A stretch of DNA of 64,000 bases from Octopus vulgaris (GCA_951406725.2 OX597823.1:83948001-84012000), one strand, 5' to 3'. Positions 41,165-54,194 are shown, counted from the stretch's first letter. Notes: generated from the sequence alone by a model not told the origin. Numbers and translations are program-made.

Positions 41165-41860
41165 TGATAATAATAATAGTAAATAGTATTCAATTTGTCG
41201 TGCTGAATGTTATGTTATGCTGACTGGAATAGTTAGCTAATTGAGTTTTAAGTCTAATTTCGAAAATACTGCTAATTGCGGTTCGAGGGTAAAAAAAAGA
41301 GTCGAAAATATAAACAAATTATGACTGTTAGCATAGGACTTTACTAATGATTTCATTTAAAGCAAAGTTTAAACGTAATAAACGGTCTTAAAATAGTCGT
41401 AACTAATTTAGGTACAATGTCAGCCATTTTGTTTCTTTTAAGAAATGGATGAGGTTAGTTGATTAAAAAGACTCCAGTACTTGACGGGTATCTTATTTTA
41501 TCGACTTCTGAAGAATAAAACAAAGTTTACCACGAAAGGATTTGGGATCAGAAAATAAGAGATAGAAGAAATAGTGTAAAAAATTTAGTTCGACGTTTTA
41601 AGGATTTTTTGTCAAGGTTCCGAATTAAAATAAGGATTTTTAATTTAACTCAAAGCTAGAAAATTTTAGATGTGATTAGTCGATATCATCTACACTCATC
41701 GATAAAGTGAGAACTGGGGTCGACCCCGAAAGGATGAAAGGCAAAGTTGACATCGACTGAATTTGAACACAGAACGTAAAGACAGACCAAAAAACGCTAA
41801 GCAATTTGCCCAACTTCCTAACGATTCAGATCACTTGCTATGCAAGTACATCTCTGTAAG

Positions 41861-41927
<67 letters not shown>

Positions 41928-41929
41928 TG

Positions 41930-41980
<51 letters not shown>

Positions 41981-42155
41981 GATTGTAAATAAATAGTGGA
42001 TTTTAATGTAACCAAGGTAATTTTAAAAGCAACAAAGACAATTTTATCCAAATATTTGACGTCTTGTATTTCATGACAAGATAATAGCTATATTCTTACT
42101 TTCTAGTGACTCACTAAAAAGATAAATATGGAGTTGCTCATTACGTTTTCAATTC

Positions 42156-42193
<38 letters not shown>

Positions 42194-42609
42194 GATTATT
42201 ATTATTATTATAATTGTTGTTGTTGTTGTTGTTGTTGTTGTTCTTGCTGTTTTTTTCTATTATTTAATTATTTATGTGTATTTAAGTTTATGAATTGAAT
42301 AGAAAACGCGATTCCAATTGGCATAGCGGATTGAAGAAATAGCAGAAGTACAAATTTATTTAAATCTTTTGATATGAGAATTTTCTGGAATAACGTTCGT
42401 TTGAATTAACTTTGGAACAGCGAAACACTGATAAGCAAGACCATAAAAAAAAAATTTAAATAAGAAAACAAAAAAAAGACTCATTAATTTTTGATAAACA
42501 TTAAAATAATGTAATGGCTTTTGCGGTAATGAGCTGGGAAATGTGTTAGAACGATAGGCAAAATATCTTGCATGACGAAAATTTCTAATTTCACTATTGC
42601 CATAGTTAC

Positions 42610-42851
42610 CTTTGATGTGAAAGAACTACAGATGTACAGCAATTGTAGTGGTCTTCTGAGTCCATTTCTTATGACTTCGCTCAGGCCAGCATAAGAATCT
42701 CTATAGACGTACAGCAGAAAAGAAAGGAGTTCACAGAGTACAACGTGTCCCAGAATGCAACACTGGATCCCGTTGATTAATGGAATAATCAGCGCAATCA
42801 ACAATGGTGGAGTTGTTCAACGAAATGATAAAAGAGCTCTTACGATATCAC
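42610..42851 (-). other. candidate internal exon (all three frames closed; UTR-like)
   Basis: Unique, microsatellite-free segment bounded by ttaattttagcag|G acceptor and AAAG|gtaact donor on the minus strand. Confidence 0.35.
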
Positions 42852-42885
42852 CTGCTAAAATTAACAGCCAAATATCCCTCCAAAT

Positions 42886-42936
<51 letters not shown>

Positions 42937-43032
42937 TGTATGTATATGCATACATATATATAACTGATAATTCTATTCTAATTTTGGCACAAGGTACCTA
43001 TGACAACAGGTATTGTTTTAATTATCATTAAA

Positions 43033-43230
43033 GAGATGAGCTGGCAGAACCGTTAGTATCCCGGGCGAAATGCTTAGCGGTGTATCGTCTGCCGCTACAT
43101 TCTGAGTTTGAATTCTACCGAGGTCGATTTTTGCCTTCGGTCATTTCGCGGTTAATAGAATAAATAAAAGTCGATGTAGTCTACTAGTATCTCCCAAACA
43201 GACGGTTACCCTTTTGTCAAAATTTGAAAT
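43033..43230 (+). mobile_element. SINE-A
   Basis: gagctggcagaaccgttag...ctgagtttgaattc. Confidence 0.75.
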
Positions 43231-43237
43231 CATTAGT

Positions 43238-43445
43238 ACGTGAGCGTGCTGAAAAGTTCCTGGCTTTGAGTAATAGAAAATACAAGAGGATCGGTTAATT
43301 ATGATTTTATCCAGTATAGAGTTTTATATATATAGATATTCCCCTCTCAGATTCACATTTTTATTGCAGTAATCCTTTAGGTTTTCTAAACCCTGTAAAA
43401 GAACTCGGACTGTTGGGCCTCCAGCCTTTCGCGATACCCTTTAAA
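43238..43445. mobile_element. mariner-like MITE, right TIR lost
   Basis: TAcgtgagcgtgctgaaaagttcctggctttgag...ctgtaaaagaactcgga...ttcgcgataccc. Confidence 0.65.
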
Positions 43446-43476
43446 CTAATGTTGTTGTTGTTGTTGTTGTTACTGT

Positions 43477-43537
<61 letters not shown>

Positions 43538-44198
43538 GCTGTTGTTGTTGCTGCTGCTGTGGTTTCTATTATCAATATAAAGCGAACGCTATGTTATTCA
43601 AAGTTCATCAGTTCAGGCTAGTAAGAAATTGTCTAGTCAAACAATATTGAATTATTGGAACGTTTAAATAGAAACTCCACTTAATTATAGATGCTGTTGT
43701 ATAAGAGAGATGGCAAGTAATCTATGATCAGTAGCTTTGTATGTAACCAGATGCACTGAATGATACGTTAAATATTGGTGTATTGTTCTATTGTAGGATC
43801 GGAGGTTTGGACAAAGCTGTGTGGTTAAGAACTACATGATTCAGTTTTCTCTAACTTCCGGTTGATTAATGACCTCTGAGTAGGCGGAAAGTATGTGGAA
43901 GCCCGTCGTTTACATACACACACACATATACACACACACATTCAGATACACATAGATACATACACACATATATACTTACAGATATACACACACATACGTA
44001 TATACATGTATACATACACACCTACATACAAATACATACATACACACATACATACATTTATACATGCATACATACATACGTACGTACATATATACATACA
44101 TACATACATACATACATACATACATACATACATACATACATAGAAAGATATACAGAGGCAGAAAGAATGTAGATAGATAGACAGATAGATAGATAGAC

Positions 44199-44267
<69 letters not shown>

Positions 44268-44271
44268 CACA

Positions 44272-44331
<60 letters not shown>

Positions 44332-44345
44332 CATTATTATTATTA

Positions 44346-44558
44346 CTTTTTTTTTCTTCTTTCAAATTTTCTTCCATTTCTTGCCGAGTGTCTTCCCGAC
44401 TCCTAGGGCAAAGAAACTCATAGTGTATATTGGTAGGCCATTAAACCAAACTCAGTAGTTCGTTCATTTTTTTTTTTTTTTTAAGTTAAATTAAAATACA
44501 TGAGCAGCAACAGTTCTCACATCGACAATGCTCTTCTCAATACGTGTGATATACCAGT
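44346..44558 (-). mobile_element. 3' end of a second R4/Dong family
   Basis: Minus strand reads TGISHVLRRALSM* followed by a distinct 3'UTR; (TAA)n on both sides. Confidence 0.7.
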
Positions 44559-44577
44559 ATTATTATTATTATTATTA

Positions 44578-44647
<70 letters not shown>

Positions 44648-44649
<2 letters not shown>

Positions 44650-46161
44650 GTTTGCCTTTTGCTTTGTATTTGTACAAGATGGCTCCAAGTCTCACCCAGA
44701 GACCTTAAGAGATTGGTTAGAAGTTCGTGCTGGTGTTATACTTAGGGTGTCATATAGATGGTTTTGCAAATAGTATTTATTCTGAGGAATGTTTCAGAAA
44801 ACATAAGAAAATTATGAGTTTGTTTTAAAATTTGAGATTACATAGACATTTTACGTAAGATATGGGCAGTGCCTATGAAAACGATCTTTTGAATTTCTGC
44901 CATTTTTGGGTTTCCTGGTATCTGAGCTAGGTAGCAATCAGCCCCTTTTGCTATCATTCCTAGGACATATGTGACAACAGGTATTGTTTTAGTCTTCAGG
45001 TTCCACATTTTGTCAATTTCTATTTCAAAATCTTTATACTTGCTCAGTTTTTGGTATATCTTGACAGATACATTTATATCAACTGGGACAGTCATATCAA
45101 TGAGGAGGCATGATTTTTGTCTGAAGTCTTTCAATATAATGTCTGGCCTATTTGCATCTATCTTTCTCTCAGTTTGGACGGTAAATTTCCAGAGGAGTGA
45201 GATGTGATTATTTTCAAGCACTGGATGTGGTTTGTGTTCCCACCAGATTTTATCATGGGGCAGGTCCAGGGTTTTGCAAATTAGCCAGTGAATATATTGT
45301 GCTGCTCTATCATGCCTCTTGAGATGCTCTGTAGGCTCAAGAAGACTGCACATGGAGGCAACATAATAAATGGTTTCATTTTGTTGTTGACATACAGGAC
45401 ATGTTGGGCAGCTGCCGTTCTTTGATATGCTGGCCAAGTAGTTTCTTGTAAGTAGGTATTGATCTTTGGCTGCTATTATAACCCGTCTGTTTCTGATTTT
45501 AAGCAAGAAGCCATTAACCATTGATGGGTAAGGGCTTTGTCAACATCGGCATTATTAGCTCTCTTTGGGTATTTGCCATTGAGAGGTTTTTCTTGCCATT
45601 TAGCAGTCAGAATATGTAAAGCAGCAGTTTTAGAACTTCTCTGCGCTTGTTTCTAGTACGTCTAATTCAGGAATTTGTTGTATTTGGAATTCATTTGTAT
45701 ATTCCTTTGCCTGTTTTGTTACTGAGTGATGCTTTCTTGTTCTCGTGTTTTGAGACAAGTTTTAACATCCAGTTATCAGAGTTTTTCAGGTAGGTGTTTA
45801 GGCCAATTGTGAAAATCTTCATTGTTAATTCCAGTTAGTCCACGGCGCCCTCTTTTCTTGGCAGATAAAGCCGTTCTATATCTGCCTTAGGATGGTGCAT
45901 TCTTTGCATTGTCAACAATTTCCGCATTTTTCTGTTAAGATTACATATTTCAGTAATTAACCAGTCAATGATATTGAAACTGTAAATGACGACGGGTACA
46001 GCTAAAGTATTGATCGCTTCGATCCGTTTTCTTGCATTCATCTCTGTCTTGAGTATTGCTCTTACCCTGCGATAATATTCTCTTCTGATCCTTTCCCTCA
46101 TAACTGAATGTTTGATTCCGTCCACTTCAAATACCCCCAATGTATTTGTAGTTCTCCGCTG
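44648..46161 (-). mobile_element. 5'-truncated R4/Dong-clade non-LTR retrotransposon (RT C-terminus, CCHC knuckle, RLE endonuclease, 3'UTR) in a (TAA)n tract
   Basis: YKY-LG motif near 46140; ORF 45835-46140 (AINTLAVPVVIYSF...HHPKADIERLYLPRKEG); ORF 44838-45521 with CPVC...C knuckle, RPDII...LIDMTVP...K..KY RLE motif and GTAHILRK end; frameshifts between; (TAA)n on both sides. Confidence 0.9.
44838..45521 (-). pseudogene. R4/Dong zinc-knuckle + restriction-like endonuclease ORF fragment
   Basis: PD-(D/E)xK-type motif RPDIILKD...LLIDMTVP...KLSKY. Confidence 0.88.
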
Positions 46162-46165
46162 ATTA

Positions 46166-46209
<44 letters not shown>

Positions 46210-46766
46210 GAGTGAGAGAGCAGTTCATGCCATCAAAGTGACACTGGGGTAAAATATACGAAGCCCAATATACCCATCATGACTACCCGTCTGATAAAGG
46301 TACACCAGGCACATGTATCACAACCATATGTGCGCGACATGGTGATCTCATATCAAGATAAACAGCACATGACCTTGCAGGTGGGCCCCAGTTAGAATTT
46401 TCTTCAGGTTGAGTAGCCCATCCCGCTCAAACGGTCCCTGAATAAGGGTTGTTTAAGGATGTTGAAAGAACCACCCATGTTTCCAGAGGTGAACTATTCA
46501 AACCCCAAAGAATCCCTCTCAACACATGGTTATGATGCTCCCCCACTACTTCTGCTCGTGATCAGAGATGCACATATCGTCAGCCACTAAGGGACATGCT
46601 CAACTGGTTAAGGTCAAACAACTGACAAGCAAATCTGTGGTATTGAGCAGAATATTTGCTGTAGCCCATCTTTTATACCAAGACAAAACAATGTACATGA
46701 TAACACTTCCAATCAGTTAAGATCAGAAGCCATGAGAGCCACTGCCTGGTACTGCATCAGGGCATT
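46210..46766 (-). mobile_element. ~560-bp non-coding (TAA)n-associated interspersed element, full-length copy
   Basis: Three copies in window; ends aatgccctgatgcagtaccaggc...ctgctctctcactc directly abut (TAA)n. Strand assigned as the TAA-reading strand. Confidence 0.85.
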
Positions 46767-46800
46767 TATTATTATTATCATTATTATTATTATTATTATA

Positions 46801-46832
<32 letters not shown>

Positions 46833-46849
46833 CATCATAATTATTACTA

Positions 46850-47065
46850 AGGCGGTGAGCTGGCAGAATCTTTAGCTCACTGGACGAATTGCTTTGTGGC
46901 ATTTCGTCCGTCGCCGCGTCCTGAGTTCAAATTCCGCCGAGGTCGACTTTGCCTTTCATCCTTTCGGGGTCAAGAAATTAAATACCAGCTGCATACTGTC
47001 TCGATTTAATAGATAGACTGCTACCTCCCCAAAATTTCAGGCCTTTTGTCTATAGTAGAAAGCAT
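46850..47065 (+). mobile_element. SINE-A (alternative tail)
   Basis: Head and core intact; tail caaaatttcaggcctt...tatagtagaaag. Confidence 0.85.
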
Positions 47066-47887
47066 TGCTACAACTACAGTTTGATTTCGCCCCATACGAG
47101 TTTCGTAAGCTCGTCACAGGAACCTTGCTCGTCTGGCTCAGATGGTCCTACCGAATGTGTTGAGTGACTCTTTCTTTCATTCGTCTACTCACTCATATAT
47201 GTGTGTGTGCGCGCGCGCGAGTGTGCATGTGTCTGCGTGCGCGTTCGTATCACTCAATCGACCAGATAATCGGATGCTGTTATTTATACGTCGCTAATCA
47301 CAATGCACTTTCCCACATCGTTGTAGTTTTCCTGTGATGCCACCCCGCTGATTAGGTGATCAGGACAAGAGCAGAGTGGGCTGTTGCAATGTGAAATAAA
47401 GTGACTTGCTGAAGAACACATCGCCCAGCCAGTATGGGAATCCGAACCACGATATTGCGATCCGATAGATAACACATTTTCACAGACACACATACGTGAG
47501 TGTGTAAGTGCGTTTGGGAGAATGTACGTCTGTGTGTGTATGTGTGTATGTCAGTGTGTCTGCGTGTGGAGCTTTTGGCTACTTTCAGAGATATAAGAAC
47601 GAAGTATAAAACTGAAGATTGAAAAAAAAAAAAGAAAACGGTAACTTCGATTCTTTAGGCTTTGAGTTCGAATCACTATGAAGAGCTACTTCTAGATTCA
47701 GCTGCGGGTGATTCTCTATCAGTTTTGTTCTTGGAATATCAGGAAATTCAGTCCAAAACATGTACTGCATTCAGTTCCGTTGATCTACTATATCGTATAG
47801 TCAATGTTAAAAAGCCAGTAACCCAATAATCAAAACTAATTCATAAATAAGATTTAAGATCTCGTAGTGGAAATCGGAGCCCCAGTA

Positions 47888-48194
47888 CATTGGAGCCTCG
47901 GTTTACGAAGTTAGCTCATTCCCGAAGGCCGTTCGTCATTCGAAAAGTTCGTAAACTGAAACTATTTTCCTCATAGGAAATTCAAGATAAGGTACAACGA
48001 ATTCGAGTAGCGAAAGCTAGACAGCAACTGACACTCTCCAGCTGATATTCCCAGCTTCTTGCTAATCGCTGTTGCCGGCTTGCGTGTTCGTTACTCGAGA
48101 CACAGTTCGCCACCCGAGACGTTTAATGCTTGAAAAACTGTTCGTAAACCGATTAGTTCGTGATCAGAGGCGTTGGTAAACCGATATTACACTG
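47888..48194. mobile_element. Tigger/pogo-like MITE
   Basis: TA|cattggagcctcggtttacgaa...ttggtaaaccgatattacactg|TA; internal ttcgtaaac repeats. Confidence 0.7.
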
Positions 48195-48304
48195 TATTTA
48201 TTTAATGAAATAGCAAACTGGATTTGAACTAGGAACATTTTCCCCCCACGAGTTTGGCAATAAAGACGAATGAAACTTTTTCAAATTCAAAAATGTTTAT
48301 AAGA

Positions 48305-48345
48305 TACCTGATGAAGATCAGAGATCAAATTGATCGAACGTCATA
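48305..48345 (+). ncRNA. degenerate minimal hammerhead
   Basis: CTGATGA-a-gatca...tgatc-GAA-cg-TC (one A of GAAA missing; stem I mismatched). Confidence 0.45.
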
Positions 48346-48680
48346 TAAATGAAAACACGATGAATACAAAATTACAATAAACACATCTTTAACTATGAAT
48401 CTAACTGTCTGAAAAATTATAATCGTATTGACGACAATATATCTCAGACTTTCGACATTTATTCGAGCAATAGCGCATTTCAAGACCGTACACATGCTGT
48501 TTCATTCGCTGTTGATTTGGCATTTCGAAACACTAATATACTCCGCTTCTTATCACCTCTTCACCTCTCAAATTATATCACTTTCCACTTCATGGCTTCC
48601 TGCTTTCCATTGAGAAGCATCGATTAAATTTACTTTCTATTTTTCTTTCAAACTATTAAGATTCAGACGTACAAACTTAC

Positions 48681-48755
48681 TTCAATTCACCACTGTAGTC
48701 TATTATACGGTATATTATCATGAAGAGCTTGAGGCTCGTAAACAAACTTGTATTA
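48681..48755 (-). other. candidate short exon
   Basis: acatattttag| acceptor and GAA|gtaagt donor. Confidence 0.2.
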
Positions 48756-48841
48756 CTAAAATATGTGTAGGTGGAGTGCATGTGTACAGACATATATACA
48801 TATATACATATATATACACACACGCATACACGCATATATAT

Positions 48842-48904
<63 letters not shown>

Positions 48905-48913
48905 CATATATTT

Positions 48914-48996
<83 letters not shown>

Positions 48997-49150
48997 TAGG
49001 TGAATGAATTATCCTATGTTTATCGTCAGCATGGAAAATTCGTTTAACCGAAACGTGGGTAGCAAATTCACGTCAGAAACACGGTTGAAGCGACCTGTCA
49101 AGGGTACAAACTCCGGGTTCATGTGCAGAAATTTGTGTGTTGTATATGAG

Positions 49151-49341
49151 TAAATGAAAGAATGGAGTCGAACGAAGATGTTAACAAAATTCCTTTACTA
49201 GCGGCTACCTTTCTTTCCTGATGAGAAGATTGCATAATGCACCCTTTATTCCTTTGGAATGAAAACATGCTGTCTTCGAAACATATGTCGAGAGTAAAGG
49301 AATTTTGTTAACATCTTCGTTCGACTCCATTCTTTCATTTA
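49151..49341. repeat. perfect 49-bp inverted repeat enclosing the hammerhead (PLE inverted pLTR-like unit)
   Basis: 49151-49199 is the exact reverse complement of 49293-49341. Confidence 0.9.
49213..49294 (+). ncRNA. type I hammerhead ribozyme (PLE-type) with extended stem II
   Basis: ctttc-CTGATGA(49218-49224)-gaaga...tcttc-GAAA(49278-49281)-catatg-TC-gagag: 5-bp stem I, 5-bp stem II base, palindromic stem III acatatgt, GUC site ending at 49289. Confidence 0.75.
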
Positions 49342-49346
49342 TTTAT

Positions 49347-49550
<204 letters not shown>

Positions 49551-49554
49551 ATAG

Positions 49555-49750
49555 GGAGAGTTTACGAAAAAAACAAAAGACGAAGACAGTTGGTGTACAA
49601 AAGAAACAGATGTATTGGTATAACGCTCAGGAATAGAAAAAGTCTTTTATGTTTCGATTCGAGTCTACGCTCTTCTACAGAAAGGGACACAGAGAAAAAC
49701 AAGGAGAGAAAAAAATGTGTGTAGTGGCTAACGATCTATCATGGCGACTG
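49555..49750 (-). mobile_element. PLE pLTR-like remnant (same family as 4285-4440)
   Basis: Shared aaaagacgaagacag...acgctc.gg...ctacgctcttc.acagaaagg. Confidence 0.55.
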
Positions 49751-49873
49751 ATGTATGTATGTATGCATGTATATAAATATATGTGTGTGTGTATATGTGC
49801 GCGTATCATTGTATCAAGCAAACTATAGGATGTTGTTACATACCGCTGATCTCAAAGCGAGGAACCGCATATA

Positions 49874-50130
49874 TACCTGGGGAGAGTTGTTGAAAAGTTC
49901 CTGGCTTTGAGTAAGAGAAAATACAAGAGGATCAGTTACTCTTTACTCTTTTACTTGTTTCAGTCATTTGACTGCGGCCATGCTGGAGCACCGCCTTTAA
50001 TCGAGCAACTCGACCTCGGGACTTATTCTTTTGTAAGCCCAGTACTTATTCTATCGGTCTCTTTTGCCGAACCGCTAAGTAACGGGGACATAAATACTAG
50101 AGGACAAACACAGACACACAAACACACACA

Positions 50131-50177
<47 letters not shown>

Positions 50178-50445
50178 GACGGGCTTCTTTCAGTTTCCGT
50201 CTACCAAATCCACTCACAAGGCTTTGGTCGGCCCGAGGTTATAGTAGAAGACACTTGCCCGTGGGACTGAACCCGGAACCCTATGGTTGGTAGACAAGCT
50301 ACTTACCACACAGCCACTCCTGCGCAGTTATAATTTTATTCATTTTCGTTTTTCTAAGCTCTGTAAAAGAACTCGGAAAGTTTGGCCTCCAGCCTGGCCT
50401 TTCGCGATACCCTCAAAGACAGGAACGTTTCAGCTCGCCCTCCTA
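49874..50445. mobile_element. mariner-like MITE with nested SINE-B
   Basis: TIR cores tgaaaagttcctggcttt / aaagacaggaacgtttca; uninterrupted relative at 43238-43445. Confidence 0.7.
49939..50324 (-). mobile_element. SINE-B nested in mariner MITE
   Basis: Near full-length reverse copy; cagtta on both flanks (49933-49938, 50325-50330). Confidence 0.88.
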
Positions 50446-50559
50446 TGGCCAAATGGGGAAGAATTTCACCTTACATTTATGAAGTTCCAGGTATGATCCA
50501 ATTGCGCAGTGCGTTAGGCAAGTTTCTTTTAGCAAAACCTAGCCTTTATCAACAACTCT

Positions 50560-51130
50560 ATATTCTTTTCAACTCTAGGCACATGGGAGGAGGACACTCG
50601 ATTAGATCGACGCCAGTACGCAACTGGTATGTAATCTATCGACCCCAAAAGGTCAACAATTTTCGTATTTTTCTGTCAAAATTTTCGGCGGAATTTGAAC
50701 TCAGAACGTAGCGGCAGACGAAATACCTATTTCTTTACTACCCACAAGGGGCTAAACACAGAGAGGACAAACAAGGACAGACAAACGGATTAATTGATTA
50801 TATCGAGCCCAGTGCGTAACTGGTACTTAATTTATCGACCCCGAAAGGATAAAAGGCAAAGTCGACCTCGGCGGAATTTGAACTCAGAACGTAGCGGTAG
50901 ACGATATACCTATTTCTTTACTACCCACAAGGAGCTAAACACCGAGAGTACAAACAAGGACAGACAAACGGATTAAGTCGATTATATCGACCTTAGTGCG
51001 TAACTGGTACTTATTTAATCGACCCCGAAAGGATGAAAGGCAAAGTCGACCTCGGCGGAATTTGAACTCAGAACGTAGCGGTAGACGAAATATTGCTAAG
51101 CATTTCGCCCGGCGCACTAACGTTTCTGTG
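50560..51130 (-). mobile_element. SINE-A head-to-tail trimer
   Basis: Junctions at 50727|50728 and 50910|50911, 183-bp unit. Confidence 0.9.
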
Positions 51131-51131
51131 T

Positions 51132-51178
<47 letters not shown>

Positions 51179-52042
51179 TGGTGGTGGTGGTGGTGGTGGT
51201 GGTGGTGGTGGTGGTGGTGGTGGTGGTAGTAGTAGTTGTAGTGATGGTAGTGGTTGTGTTAGTAGTAGTAGTAGGAGGAGGAGAATGGGAGGAGAAGAAG
51301 GTGGGGAGGAGGAGACGAGAAGGGGAAACATTATGACGACGACAACGACGATGACGATGATGATGATTAATAAACGGATCTGACCATATTTGACCAACTG
51401 AACTAGAACTAACCTTTCATTGAATTCGCCTCTAGACCGCTGAATCTTACGTGCACACTCACACACACATATACATACATACACGTGCTCAATCAATGTA
51501 ATTTCCAGACGAAAAAGACAAAAAAAAAGCAAGAAATTAGCATGAACAACATGGCATGTCTTGGCTCTTTTCATTGTCTGAGAATTACGTTAAGGGTATG
51601 CGTGTCCGTGAAATACTCAGAGACTTTATGCTAATTCACTGAACTCGTATTACAATCGACTAAAAACATGGCAGATAAATTTATTTACTTTGTGTGTACC
51701 TATGTCCAAATACGTTTACAACCTAGTTTCCGCTCACCCAATTTCTCTGATGTCTCTATAGTTAAACAAACACACGGATAATTTGCTAACATCTATATTT
51801 AAACGTGTTGATATGTTTGTGTATGAGTATAAATATTCATTGAAGAAGATATAGCTACGGATATTCTTTGCTATACAAATGACTGTATGCGTGCGTGCAG
51901 ATACCTGAGAGTATATTTAGATTATGAGGTATGTACGATGGCATGTCTGTGTGCGCGCGGCGCGAGTGTACATATGTATATATATATATATATATATTTA
52001 TATGTGTCTGTGTGTGTGCGTGTGTGTGTGCGTGTGTGTGTA

Positions 52043-52074
<32 letters not shown>

Positions 52075-52281
52075 CTTATATATATATACATATATATCTT
52101 TATATATATGTATATATATATATATGTATATATGCATATATATATATGTATATTTATATACATATATATATATGCATATATATACATATATCATATATAT
52201 ATATATATATATCTTTACATGTATATATGTATGTATATATATATATATATATGCATATATGTATGTATGTATATATACATG

Positions 52282-52339
<58 letters not shown>

Positions 52340-52546
52340 TATATATGAACATATATAAACTTTTATTCTTTAATTCTTTTACTCGCTTATGCTTATAGAA
52401 GAAAAATAAGGCCTCTCTAGCGCTCAACTTCACAAATATCTAAACCATGAACAATTCTGATTACATGAGAGATTACACGGCAATTAACTTGATATAAGTA
52501 AAGAGGCATTCAGCGACAACGACTTCAAAAATAATAATAATAAAAA

Positions 52547-52593
<47 letters not shown>

Positions 52594-52664
52594 ATAATAA
52601 TCGTTTCAAATTTTGCCACAAGGACAAGTGACGATAATGATGATGATAACAATAATAAAATCAT

Positions 52665-53615
52665 ATAGAAATTAACCCAACTGAACTAGGTGATCTAAAA
52701 AAATCAAATCAGAACTGAATGTCTGAAAATTAAAGAAACCAGTATGAATAAACGTGACATTCTTCCAAAAATTCACAAGTCTAACCAAAACCTAAAAGTA
52801 ATTGGTAAAATCCACATTGCACTTAAGAATATAATTTCAGCTAATGATGTTGATATTACAAATCTCAATCACCTGTACTATGCAGTCGTGTATGTCAACA
52901 ACAAAATGAAACCATTGATCATGTTGTCTCCCTGTGCAGTCTTCTTGCGCCTACAGAGCATCTCAAGAGACATGATAGAGCAGCACAATATAATCACTGG
53001 GTAATTTGACAAAACCTGGATCCGCCACATGGCAAAAACTGGTGGGAACACAAACCACCTCCAGTGTTTGAAAATGATCATATCTCACTCCTCTGGAAAT
53101 TTACCGTCCAAACTGAGAGAAAGATAGATGCAAATAGGCCAGACATTATACTGAAAGACTTCAAACAAAAATTAGGCCTCCTTATTCATATGACTGTCCC
53201 AATCAATATAAATGTATCTGTTAAGGTATACCAAAAACTGAGCAAGTATAAAGATTTTGAAATAGAAATTGGCAAAATGTGGAACCTGAAGACTAAAACA
53301 ATACATGTTGTCGAAGGTGTCCTAAGAAGGGTAGCAAAAGGGGCTGATTGCTACCAAGCTCAGAAACCCCAAAATGGCAGAAATTCAAAAGATAGTTCTC
53401 ATGGAAACTGCCCATATCCTACGTAAAATACTGTCTATGTAATCTCAAATTTTAATACAAACTCATAATTTTTTAATATTTCCTTAAATATTCTCTAGAA
53501 CGTGCAAAACCAAATATATGACACCTTAGTCATAACATCAACTTGGACTTCTAACTTGATGTCTCTTGAGGTCTCTGGGTATGACTTGGAGTTAACGTGT
53601 ACCAATGCAAAACAT
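52665..53615 (+). mobile_element. internally deleted R4/Dong element (N-terminal piece fused to knuckle/RLE and 3'UTR)
   Basis: 52891-53615 is the reverse-complement homologue of 44648-45395; 52744-52890 encodes KRDILPKI...ITNLNHLYYA, resembling the pre-RT region of R4/Dong ORFs; TAA/TGA tracts flank it. Confidence 0.85.
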
Positions 53616-53717
53616 ATGATAATAATAATAATGATGATAATAATAATAATAGTCATGATGATGATGATGATGATGATGATGACGATGATGATAGTTGTGA
53701 TGGTGATGATGATGATG

Positions 53718-53778
<61 letters not shown>

Positions 53779-53792
53779 TAATAATAATAATA

Positions 53793-54043
53793 ACTGCTCA
53801 TATCCTACGCAAAATACTTTCTATGTAATCTCAAGGTTTAAAACAAACATAATTTTCGGTTTTTAAAAAAAATTTTTTTTTTTAGACATTCATTAGTACA
53901 ACACCAAAAATTCCCCCCCCCAAAAAAAAATATATGCCACACTAGGCATAACAACAACATGAACTTCCAACCTGTTGTCTCTTGAGGTATCTGGGTGAGA
54001 CTTGGAGCCAACTTGTACAAATATAAAGCAAAAGTCAAACATA
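53793..54043 (+). mobile_element. short 3' end of the same R4/Dong family
   Basis: TAHILRKILSM* plus the same 3'UTR (ctcttgaggt.tctgggtgagacttggagcc...caaacat), (TAA)n on both sides. Confidence 0.85.
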
Positions 54044-54099
<56 letters not shown>

Positions 54100-54194
54100 G
54101 TAATAATAATAATAATAATAATAATGGACAACTGACACTTTCCATCATACCCGCAAAATAAGATGAGAGTTCTCATCAAATAATGATAATAATG

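Noticed and set aside
42484-42804. 106-aa hydrophobic ORF
   Set aside because: Non-ATG start, in-frame stop just upstream, no recognisable family; kept only as a candidate non-coding exon.
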